A DNA stretch of 32,000 nucleotides from an uncultured archaeon (GTDB lineage: Archaea > Iainarchaeota > Iainarchaeia > Iainarchaeales > JAAZKV01). The first letter of the stretch is position 1; every line of letters begins with the position of its first letter. The position numbers and the translations under genes were made by a program. Of this stretch, positions 24,236 to 31,568 are shown in pieces. Where the stretch lies: positions 270,001-302,000 of the forward strand of contig CAZKBG010000001.1 of the NCBI GenBank assembly GCA_964551375.1, written 5' to 3'. A model generated the notes under the pieces. That model saw only the letters and a list, made by a program, of their open reading frames with translations, had not been told where the DNA came from and ran no database searches.

Positions 24236-24910
24236 ATGAAAGTAACAAAATACGCCCAGTCTTGTATTCTAATCCAAACCAGTACCTCTAAGATACTTGT
24301 GGACCCTGGGCACTTACTACTTGATGAAACTGCCATAAACGCTTGGATGCATCCAGATTTCATTTTAATCACCCACAAACACGGCGACCACTTCCATGAA
24401 GAAAGCGTTAAGCGAATAATTACGCCAAAAACAATTATTTACTCCACAAAAGAGGTTGCAAGTTTTTACCCAAATACTAAATTCAAAATTATAAAGCAGG
24501 GAAACAAATTCATGCTTGGAAAGAAGGAATCGGGGATTGAAGTTGAAGTAGTGAAAGGAGTGCACGGATACCTCCCGCAGCTTAAAGGGCCAAAAGAAGT
24601 AAATGAAGCGATTGGATATATTTTCACGGATAATGCAAGCGGCAAGAAACTTTACCACACAGGAGACACTATTTGCTTCAAGAATGAATACAAATGCAAT
24701 GTGATAATGCTCCCAGTAAATAATCACGGGGTTTGCATGGGAGCATTTGATGCCGCAATGTTTGCAAAAGAAACCGGAGCGGAATTAGTTATACCAATTC
24801 ACTATGATAACCAAGTATTTCCAGCAGATATGAATAAGGTTGAAGAAGAATTCAAAAAAGCAGGACTCAATTACAAAATATTAAAAATAGGCGAAAGCAT
24901 TGAGCTTTAG
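24236..24910 (+). CDS. Metallo-beta-lactamase-fold hydrolase (UPF0173-like)
   Basis: MKVTKYAQSCILIQTS..ILVDPG and FILITHKHGDHF (HxHxDH), with later YHTGDT and IPIHYD metal-ligand-like motifs. It starts 31 nt after the KaiC-like stop. Confidence 0.85.
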   Translation: MKVTKYAQSCILIQTSTSKILVDPGHLLLDETAINAWMHPDFILITHKHGDHFHEESVKRIITPKTIIYSTKEVASFYPNTKFKIIKQGNKFMLGKKESGIEVEVVKGVHGYLPQLKGPKEVNEAIGYIFTDNASGKKLYHTGDTICFKNEYKCNVIMLPVNNHGVCMGAFDAAMFAKETGAELVIPIHYDNQVFPADMNKVEEEFKKAGLNYKILKIGESIEL

Positions 24911-24962
24911 AGCCCATGCTTTCAATTCAAAAACTTTAATTCAAACTTAAACTGCTGTTAAA

Positions 24963-25631
24963 CTACTTCATTAATGAAATAATTATCTTATCCGCTCTTG
25001 ATATTGACTCTTCAGCAGAAACATTTCCATCATAGCTCTTCACAAGCCCTTTTTTTGAGTAATAATCAATCAATGGAGATGTCTGCTTCATATAAACATC
25101 AAACCTTTTTGCGATTGTTTCAGCCTTATCATCATCCCTCTGCTCAAGTTTTGCGCCTTCAATATCACAAACACCCTCATTTTTTGGAGGAAATGAAATT
25201 GAATTATATACCTTCTTGCACTTAGGGCAAATCCATCTTGAAGAAAGTCTTTTCACAACATTTTCTTTTGAAGAATCAATATAAATTACCGCAGTTAGCT
25301 TTTGATTTAATTTGGATAAAATACTATTCAGCATTTCCGCCTGATTAAGAGTCCTTGGAAAGCCGTCAAACACAACCCCTTCAAAACCTTTTTTTGCAAT
25401 AACTTTTTTTAATTCTGATTCAAATATTTTTCCCACAATACTATCAGAAACAAGATTTCCGCCGTTAATGGTTTTTTTCATTTCCTTCCCAAGTTTTGAA
25501 CCGCGTTCAACTTCAGCCCTGATTAAATCCCCTGTTGAAAGCTGAACAAGCCCGTGCTTGCCCATTAAAGCCTGAGAAACAATTCCTTTCCCCGCGCCAG
25601 GAGGCCCTAAAAAAATCAAGTTTAATACCAT
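24963..25631 (-). CDS. adk: Adenylate kinase, long bacterial-type with Zn-lid-like motif
   Basis: LIFLGPPGAGKG (P-loop), LSTGDLIR, FDGFPRT, and the lid CPKC-x16-C-x2-E (CPKCKKVYNSISFPPKNEGVCDIE). The start is taken at MVLNLIFLG (25631). Confidence 0.93.
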   Translation of the reverse strand: MVLNLIFLGPPGAGKGIVSQALMGKHGLVQLSTGDLIRAEVERGSKLGKEMKKTINGGNLVSDSIVGKIFESELKKVIAKKGFEGVVFDGFPRTLNQAEMLNSILSKLNQKLTAVIYIDSSKENVVKRLSSRWICPKCKKVYNSISFPPKNEGVCDIEGAKLEQRDDDKAETIAKRFDVYMKQTSPLIDYYSKKGLVKSYDGNVSAEESISRADKIIISLMK

Positions 25632-25742
25632 AAACTCACCGCAAAGATTTGAGAGAATGAATTTAAAAGCCAAACGCCCGCAAACATAAAACAGTCATAT
25701 TTTGATTATGTGCAAAACAAAGCGGATTAATTCAAATTAGCA

Positions 25743-26777
25743 TCAGGATAATTTTGTTTTTCCAGTGTTAACTATCAAAATCTTCTTTTTTCTGTCAATT
25801 GAATTCTTCATCTGAAGCATCATTGCGAGTCCCGCAATTCCGCTCGGCTCAGTATTAATATTCTGGTTTGCCGCAATCACCATCGCTTCATCCAAATACT
25901 GCTCTCTCAATGTAAAAACTCCAGAAAGCTGATTGCAATACCCTGCGGAGCGGAAAATATGAATCCACTGCTCGTTATAATAAGAAAAAGGATTGTGAGG
26001 AGCATAAAGTTTCTCTGCTTTTGAAGAAGGATTATTTGTTGTCGCTCCAAAAAAACAGCAGTTTCTCAATACTTTAACATCGCCAAGAAGTCTTGGGTCA
26101 TGAACTGAAGCGCTCACTTCTCTTTTATTTACATTTAAAATATTTTGGTAAAGATTTCCTGTTCCAAAAGGAACAAAGCAATAATCAGGAGAGCTGTTTA
26201 AAATTTCATAACTCAGCCAGTCATAATAATTTGTAGTCGGGCCAAATGCATCCGCAGAAGTAATGTCAAAGCCGTTAATGTTATTCGTAAGCTCAAGAAC
26301 TTCCTTCCAGCTCAATGCCTTCTTAGCCAAATCTCTCATATACACGTTGCAGCCGATTTTCTCAATCGCGCTCACAAGCTCTTTTTTCATTGAAACATCA
26401 ACAAGCACATTAAGATTTGGAAGATTGTAGCGCTTTAGCATTGTTTGAACTGCAATCGCAGCAGAGCCTGATGAAATTAGTGACAAACTTGGAAGCTCTT
26501 CATCCACCTGATTTCGCTTTCTTGCAAGCAAAAAATCACGATACATTACCACCATTTCCCAAGCCATTCTGTCCTTGTGAGTGCCTGTCGGATTGTGGCT
26601 CTCATCTTTTAGCCAGACGTTAGAAAAGCCGGGAACTTCAATTTTATAAGTAGGAGTGGATGGAAATTTAGGGTTATGAGGCGGAAATTCAGGCTTATTA
26701 GGATCATTTTCAGAATCAACCTTGATTGAAGCTAAAATTCGCTCATACTCTTTTGATAAAGCCAAAAATTTCACCAA
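25743..26777 (-). CDS. Fold-type II PLP-dependent enzyme, threonine-synthase-like
   Basis: VWLKDESHNPTGTHKDRMAW corresponds to NPTGSFKDR with the PLP lysine. SSGSAAIAVQ and VPFGTGNLYQNI correspond to the TS-like phosphate-binding loop. Substrate cannot be inferred. Confidence 0.8.
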   Translation of the reverse strand: MVKFLALSKEYERILASIKVDSENDPNKPEFPPHNPKFPSTPTYKIEVPGFSNVWLKDESHNPTGTHKDRMAWEMVVMYRDFLLARKRNQVDEELPSLSLISSGSAAIAVQTMLKRYNLPNLNVLVDVSMKKELVSAIEKIGCNVYMRDLAKKALSWKEVLELTNNINGFDITSADAFGPTTNYYDWLSYEILNSSPDYCFVPFGTGNLYQNILNVNKREVSASVHDPRLLGDVKVLRNCCFFGATTNNPSSKAEKLYAPHNPFSYYNEQWIHIFRSAGYCNQLSGVFTLREQYLDEAMVIAANQNINTEPSGIAGLAMMLQMKNSIDRKKKILIVNTGKTKLS

Positions 26778-26856
26778 TTAATGTTCAAAGTTACACTAAA
26801 TTAATTTAACAAAAGCCCTTTTAAACTAATTTTTCACACCGTCAGTCGCATACTGA

Positions 26857-27720
26857 TTAATTAAGCAGACGAATATCAAAAACAACCTGCTCTTTTGTAG
26901 GGGAAAACTGCCTCACCCTCGCCATTCTTTCAATTACAACTTTTCGCTTTGATTTTTTAGCAGCCTCAAGAATCTGGCTCTTTGGAGTGTCAAAATCATT
27001 TTTTACAACAATTTCATAAAAGTGAATCAATCCTTTTGGTTTAGTGCAAAAAAATGCTTCCTTTAGAAATTGATATCCTGTGTGAGGAAGAGGCATTGCA
27101 ACCCTGTCAAACAAACCCCTGAATTTTTTATAAACTTTTTTCACATCCCCCTTAACAAATTCAATATTTTTTACTTTATTAAGTTCCGCGTTTTTAAGGG
27201 CAAATTTATGCCCCGCAGGATTTAATTCAATCGCAACCGCGCGCTTCATCCTTGCCCCTGAATTTTTGGCAAGCACTATTGGATAAGGCCCCACTCCTGA
27301 AAAAAAACAACCCACTACTTCGTTATCCTTTATTTCATGCGCAATTCTAAGCCGCTCCCCGCTAAGCCGGGGGGAGAAAAATACTTTCCCAAGCGGAATT
27401 AAAAAAGTGCATGCTGATTCGCGGTAAGTTGCAATTGTCTGCTTCTTTCCCGCAATTACCTTAACTTTTTGAACCCTAAACTCGCCCTCATGATTGCTTT
27501 CAATAGAGCATATTGTTTCAAACCGAGGATTAAGCGAAAGAAGAGTTTCCCCAATCAGTTTTTTTCTCTTTGAAAGCTCTTTAGGAATTTCAATAACGGC
27601 AATATTTCCAAATGAATCATACGATTTTGGGGCAAAAGGCTTTTCTTTTTCTGAAAGCTTTTCAACAAGAGCATCCTTCAAATTTAAAGGAGCCTTTTTT
27701 GATTCAACAACGGCGTTCAT
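26857..27720 (-). CDS. trm5: Met-10+/Trm5-family tRNA methyltransferase (tRNA m1G37 MTase-like)
   Basis: FDSFGNIAVIEIP, VFFSPRLSGERLRIA, FSGVGPYPIVLAK (SAM motif), ELNPAGHKFALKNAELNKV and DRVAMPLP (NLP-like catalytic loop). The start is taken at MNAVVES (27720). It is shorter than canonical Trm5b and apparently lacks the D1 domain. Confidence 0.8.
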   Translation of the reverse strand: MNAVVESKKAPLNLKDALVEKLSEKEKPFAPKSYDSFGNIAVIEIPKELSKRKKLIGETLLSLNPRFETICSIESNHEGEFRVQKVKVIAGKKQTIATYRESACTFLIPLGKVFFSPRLSGERLRIAHEIKDNEVVGCFFSGVGPYPIVLAKNSGARMKRAVAIELNPAGHKFALKNAELNKVKNIEFVKGDVKKVYKKFRGLFDRVAMPLPHTGYQFLKEAFFCTKPKGLIHFYEIVVKNDFDTPKSQILEAAKKSKRKVVIERMARVRQFSPTKEQVVFDIRLLN

Positions 27721-27775
27721 TTGATTAACTCTGCCCATGATAAGATTAAATAGGATTCTGAATTTAAAATTAAGC

Positions 27776-28651
27776 ATGGCGAGCGACTGGATATATGATT
27801 ACTTTGTAAAGCCAATAATAAGCCCTGAAACACAGGGGTACAACTTAATCAATACCGCAACTTATATCATCGTGCTTGTTATTGCCTGCTTTGCCATTTA
27901 TGTTCTTTTAAGAAAGAAAATTAAATTTGACAATAAATTTTTCACAGCGCTTCTTCCATACATTATTTTTGGAATATCCATGCGCGTTGTGATGCATCAA
28001 ATTGAAGCAGGAATTCTTGTAATTAACGGAATAGCAAAAACCGCAAACCCTCTGGAGCTTGGATTTTGGTTTTTTACGCCAGGAGTGTGGCTTTTGACTT
28101 TTTTACTTGTGGTAATCGGGCTCATAATAGCAACCGCTCACACAAAACTTAATACAAAGAGATTCTTTTGGTTTGGATTAATTGTCTGCGCTCCAGTGCT
28201 TTTGTTTAACATGAGCAGATTCAACAACTGGATTCCATTTTTAGTAACAGTTGCAATTATTGCCGCAGTTTCATACGGAGTTTACAGGGCAGTTGAGAGA
28301 TTCACAAAATATAAAATAGCAAAAGACCCGCTTAATTTATTTATAATAGCAGGACAGGCAATTGATGGAATTGCATCCACAATAGCAATCACATTTTTCA
28401 ATTTTTCAGAACAACATGTTGTTTCAAACGCAATTATTAACATCCACCCAATATTTTTTGTAATTGCAAAACTTGCAATTGCGGTTTTAATCTGCTGGAC
28501 GCTTGATGATTACCTTCGCGAAGTTGAACAAAGCAAAAACAGCGCAAAACTTGAAAAGAGAAAAAACAGAATTGGATTTATTAAACTCGTAATCGCAATA
28601 CTTGGATTTGCCACTGGACTTGCGAGCCTTTTCAAGCTTGGACTTATATAA
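27776..28651 (+). CDS. Polytopic membrane protein, DUF63-like (archaeal)
   Basis: About 7 predicted TM helices. The N-terminus (DWIYDYFVKPIISPETQGYNLINTATY) resembles my recollection of the archaeal DUF63 family. The start is taken at 27776 (MASDW). Confidence 0.6.
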   Translation: MASDWIYDYFVKPIISPETQGYNLINTATYIIVLVIACFAIYVLLRKKIKFDNKFFTALLPYIIFGISMRVVMHQIEAGILVINGIAKTANPLELGFWFFTPGVWLLTFLLVVIGLIIATAHTKLNTKRFFWFGLIVCAPVLLFNMSRFNNWIPFLVTVAIIAAVSYGVYRAVERFTKYKIAKDPLNLFIIAGQAIDGIASTIAITFFNFSEQHVVSNAIINIHPIFFVIAKLAIAVLICWTLDDYLREVEQSKNSAKLEKRKNRIGFIKLVIAILGFATGLASLFKLGLI

Positions 28652-28715
28652 AAATAAGAATCAGCGCTAATGAATAGAAAAATAAAGAATTTAATTAAAA
28701 TTTAATTAGGCAAAA

Positions 28716-29249
28716 CTATTTTTTTGCCCTTAACGCTTCTTTTCCCCTTGAAAGAGAAACTATTTCAGCCCTTGAAAGCTTATCCATAACCGCGCGAACA
28801 GAGTTTAACCCAGGACTGTGTTTTACTTTATGAACAGTTCCGTTGGATTTTTTCACAAACGAGCCATGCGCAAGCCCTGATTTTTCAACTTTTCTATAAA
28901 TCTCATGCGAAAAGTCAGCAAATTTTGCCGAAGGATTTTTTGCAATAGTGCTGAGTATTTCCTGCGCAATAAAAAACTCTAATTTATTTAACGCCCCCCT
29001 TCTATTCATCGCCACAATCCGCGCATTTGCCCCTTTGATTCTTTTCCAAAAAACAATATTCGCCCCGCCCATTGAAGCGCTCGCTGCGCGGGATTTTGCA
29101 TGCGTCCTGTACTTAGCCTTTGAGCCAATCAAGTCCCTAAGAGAACCAGCTCCGCCAAAAAGAGAGGATTTTCTCTTATTCCTAATGCCATTATCTCTGC
29201 CGCCCATAACTCTTCCAGGAGTCCAGCCCATTGCATGCTTTCCAGTCAT
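28716..29249 (-). CDS. Hypothetical basic protein (Gly/Arg-rich N-terminal half, helical C-terminal half)
   Basis: MTGKHAMGWTPGRVMGGRDNGIRNKRKSSLFGGAGSLRDLIGSKAKYRTHAKSRAASASMGG... I recognise no motif. The N-terminal coding half is locally more GC-rich than the surroundings. The start at 29249 is preferred over 29306. Confidence 0.65.
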   Translation of the reverse strand: MTGKHAMGWTPGRVMGGRDNGIRNKRKSSLFGGAGSLRDLIGSKAKYRTHAKSRAASASMGGANIVFWKRIKGANARIVAMNRRGALNKLEFFIAQEILSTIAKNPSAKFADFSHEIYRKVEKSGLAHGSFVKKSNGTVHKVKHSPGLNSVRAVMDKLSRAEIVSLSRGKEALRAKK

Positions 29250-29279
29250 AGTAATAGTCCCTTGAATAAGGGTTATTTC

Positions 29280-29287
29280 TTTAAATA
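29280..29287 (+). promoter_or_regulatory. TATA box upstream of dph5
   Basis: tttaaata lies about 36-43 nt upstream of the ATG at 29323. Confidence 0.4.
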
Positions 29288-29322
29288 TTAAAGCCTTTCC
29301 AAACAATAAATACCTGATATTA

Positions 29323-30081
29323 ATGCTTTATTTGATAGGAATTGGTCTTAGGCCAGAACATATGACAATACAGGCGCTTGATTGCATAAAACAGTGCGAT
29401 TCGGTGTTTCTTGAAGAATACACTTCAGAATACAGCGAAGGATACTCAAAAGAACTTGCGGCAATAATAAAACGAGATGTTATCGGCTTAGGGAGAAAAG
29501 AAGTCGAAGAAAGATTTGAATCAGCGCTAATGTCGGCAAACAAAAATAATATAGCACTACTTGTTTTTGGAAATCCTCTTACTGCCACAACTCACATCCA
29601 GATACTTCTTGACGCAAAAGAGCATGGAATTAAGTACAAAGTAATTCCTGGAATTTCAATTACCAACATGATTGCTGAAACAGGGCTTGATGAATATAAG
29701 TTCGGAAGAATTGTGACTGTGTGCTATCACTCTCACGGATATGAGCCTGAAACATTCTACCACCAGATTAAGGAAAACCAGAAAATAGGGCTCCACACGC
29801 TTTGCCTTCTTGATATTAAGAAAGATGAAAAGCCAAAAAGACTAATGAACTCTGTTGAAGCAATTGATTTGCTAAAATATATTGCTGAAAAAAACGGGGA
29901 AAAACATGAATTCACTTATGTTGCAATGATTGGAATGGCAAGCGAGAGGCAGAAAATCATTTACGGCGAAGAAAAAATCAGAAATTCAAAAGAACTTCAA
30001 AGCGTTTTTCCGCAGAGCATAATTGTGCTTGGGAAAACAAATGAAAAAGAAATTGAGGCGCTAACAAATCTGCACAAGTAA
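29323..30081 (+). CDS. dph5: Diphthine synthase
   Basis: MLYLIGIGL..TIQALDCIKQCDSVFLEEYTS, VFGNPLTATTH and IPGISI. Length of 252 aa is typical. It is an archaeal/eukaryotic marker. Confidence 0.93.
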   Translation: MLYLIGIGLRPEHMTIQALDCIKQCDSVFLEEYTSEYSEGYSKELAAIIKRDVIGLGRKEVEERFESALMSANKNNIALLVFGNPLTATTHIQILLDAKEHGIKYKVIPGISITNMIAETGLDEYKFGRIVTVCYHSHGYEPETFYHQIKENQKIGLHTLCLLDIKKDEKPKRLMNSVEAIDLLKYIAEKNGEKHEFTYVAMIGMASERQKIIYGEEKIRNSKELQSVFPQSIIVLGKTNEKEIEALTNLHK

Positions 30082-30117
30082 GCGCTTACGCTTGCAAAAT
30101 TAAAGGAAGTTGATTTT

Positions 30118-30411
30118 ATGACAATCACTGAAAAGGAAATTATTGAAAAAGTTGAAAAATATGAAAAACTCACTACGAGAGGGTTAAAAGAAATCAAATT
30201 CAAAAAAAATTTAAGCGAAATCGAAAAAGCAACTGCTGAAGATTTTCTTTCAATGGCAAAAAACTATTATAATGACGCAAAATATTTCAAAAAAGAAGGA
30301 AAACTGCTCACTTCGCTTGCCGCTTTCTCATACGCCCACGCATGGCTTGATGCGGGAGTGAGAGCAAAAGTATTTATTGCAACTGACGACCAGCTATTTA
30401 CTCTTCCTTAG
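30118..30411 (+). CDS. DUF357-like small helical protein
   Basis: AEDFLSMAKNYYNDAKYFKKEGKLLTSLAAFSYAHAWLDAGVR matches the DUF357 pattern (D-A-x-Y-F...SYA-x-GWLDAG) as I recall it. Confidence 0.6.
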   Translation: MTITEKEIIEKVEKYEKLTTRGLKEIKFKKNLSEIEKATAEDFLSMAKNYYNDAKYFKKEGKLLTSLAAFSYAHAWLDAGVRAKVFIATDDQLFTLP

Positions 30412-30452
30412 ATTATGGCTCTAATTAACTAATTGGCTTCTGATAAAGCAAG

Positions 30453-30462
30453 CTTTAAATAG
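30453..30462 (+). promoter_or_regulatory. TATA box for the 30483 gene
   Basis: ctttaaatag is centred about 25 nt upstream of the ATG at 30483 (leaderless geometry). Confidence 0.45.
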
Positions 30463-30482
30463 AGCTACTTCATAATCTTAGC

Positions 30483-30995
30483 ATGTCGCTTTACGGACCA
30501 AAAATCAGAATGCCAAAAGTTGATATGCCTAACCCCGGCAATCCTTCATGGAATCTTGAAAAGGAGAAAAAAATCGCAATTTTTATTGCCGCGGCAATAA
30601 TAATTGTAATAATTGCAGTATTTGCAGTTCCTTACCTTCTTAACGGCGCTTCAGGAATTATTGGAAACATTGGGGAAGCAAACGGAGTAAGTTTGAGCTG
30701 GAATAATAACCCCCTTGATTTAAAGAAAAACCCAACTGAATATGCGACTCTTACTATTGAGTTTACTAATACTGGAAAATTTGAAAAAACAATTAATTTT
30801 GAAATAATGAACCCTTACCCTGAGCTTTTGGATGTATGCAGCGCGGATAAACTTGAAACAATGCTCCCCGGAGATAAAAGAACTGTAAACTGCTTATTTA
30901 GAAGAAACGGCGAAATCTTCACTGGAACTTATTCAATTGAAGTTGCTTCAAATGTTGGAAATGCAAAGACAAAGCTTGAAATAATTGCGAAGTAA
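30483..30995 (+). CDS. Hypothetical membrane-anchored exported protein (TM plus beta-sandwich-like domain)
   Basis: The TM is IAIFIAAAIIIVIIAVFAVPYLL. The ~110-aa ectodomain has a CARDB/Ig-like flavour (ATLTIEFTNTGKFEKTINFEI...GTYSIEVAS) and two Cys residues. Confidence 0.7.
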   Translation: MSLYGPKIRMPKVDMPNPGNPSWNLEKEKKIAIFIAAAIIIVIIAVFAVPYLLNGASGIIGNIGEANGVSLSWNNNPLDLKKNPTEYATLTIEFTNTGKFEKTINFEIMNPYPELLDVCSADKLETMLPGDKRTVNCLFRRNGEIFTGTYSIEVASNVGNAKTKLEIIAK

Positions 30996-31050
30996 AAAAA
31001 TTAATCCATCCAATCAAAGCCGCTGCTACTCAAATTTTCACTAAATCGGA

Positions 31051-31060
31051 ATATATTTAA
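31051..31060 (+). promoter_or_regulatory. TATA box for the 31085 gene
   Basis: atatatttaa is centred about 29 nt upstream of the ATG at 31085. Confidence 0.4.
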
Positions 31061-31084
31061 CCACAAGCGCGCTTTTGTTTTGAA

Positions 31085-31525
31085 ATGGTTAGCGCAACTG
31101 ATTATGACAGATACCTTGCAAATAAAGCAGCGGCGCTTATTAGGGAAAACTTCGCAGACAAAGGAGTGACAAATCTTTTAGTAGTAAAGTGGGGCGGAAA
31201 ATGGAGAAATAAACTCGGACATATCACCCCCTTAAAAAACAGCGAGTATGGCTCAATGATTGAAATTAACTCCTTAATGAAGTCACTTGATGTGCCTGAA
31301 TTTGTGCTTGAATATGTTTTGATGCATGAACTAACGCACTACTTTCAGGGATTTGGAAGCAACCATCAAAGAAAACACAAACACCCTCACAGAGGAGGGA
31401 TTGTGGAAAAAGAGCTTGCAAGGCACGGATGGGAAGAAATTACTGAAAAATCTGAAAAGTGGATTAAAGAAAACTGGCGAAATGTCCTTGTAAAAGAAGG
31501 CGCGATAAAAGAAAGAGCTCGCTAA
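31085..31525 (+). CDS. SprT/DUF45-like HExxH zinc metallopeptidase
   Basis: LLVVKWGGKWRNKLGHITP....IEINSLMKSL.VPEFVLEYVLMHELTHYF follows the SprT/YgjP layout (W-x-x-R-x-x-x-G ... I-x-I-N ... HELxH), followed by a His-rich segment (HQRKHKHPH). Confidence 0.65.
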   Translation: MVSATDYDRYLANKAAALIRENFADKGVTNLLVVKWGGKWRNKLGHITPLKNSEYGSMIEINSLMKSLDVPEFVLEYVLMHELTHYFQGFGSNHQRKHKHPHRGGIVEKELARHGWEEITEKSEKWIKENWRNVLVKEGAIKERAR

Positions 31526-31568
31526 ATGCAAAACTTCCTGCGCTTACAATTAACTGATTTAAAAAGAT

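Noticed and set aside
28660-29531. 13-mer atcagcgctaatg present at 28660-28672 (intergenic) and 29519-29531 (inside dph5)
   Set aside because: A single short exact match with one copy inside a conserved coding region is expected by chance in 32 kb, and there is no flanking similarity.
30078-30089. Perfect 12-bp palindrome gtaagcgcttac overlapping the dph5 stop codon
   Set aside because: It is too short, and its central GC core cannot form a stable hairpin (4-bp arms). It is a single occurrence and is most likely chance or a weak terminator element.
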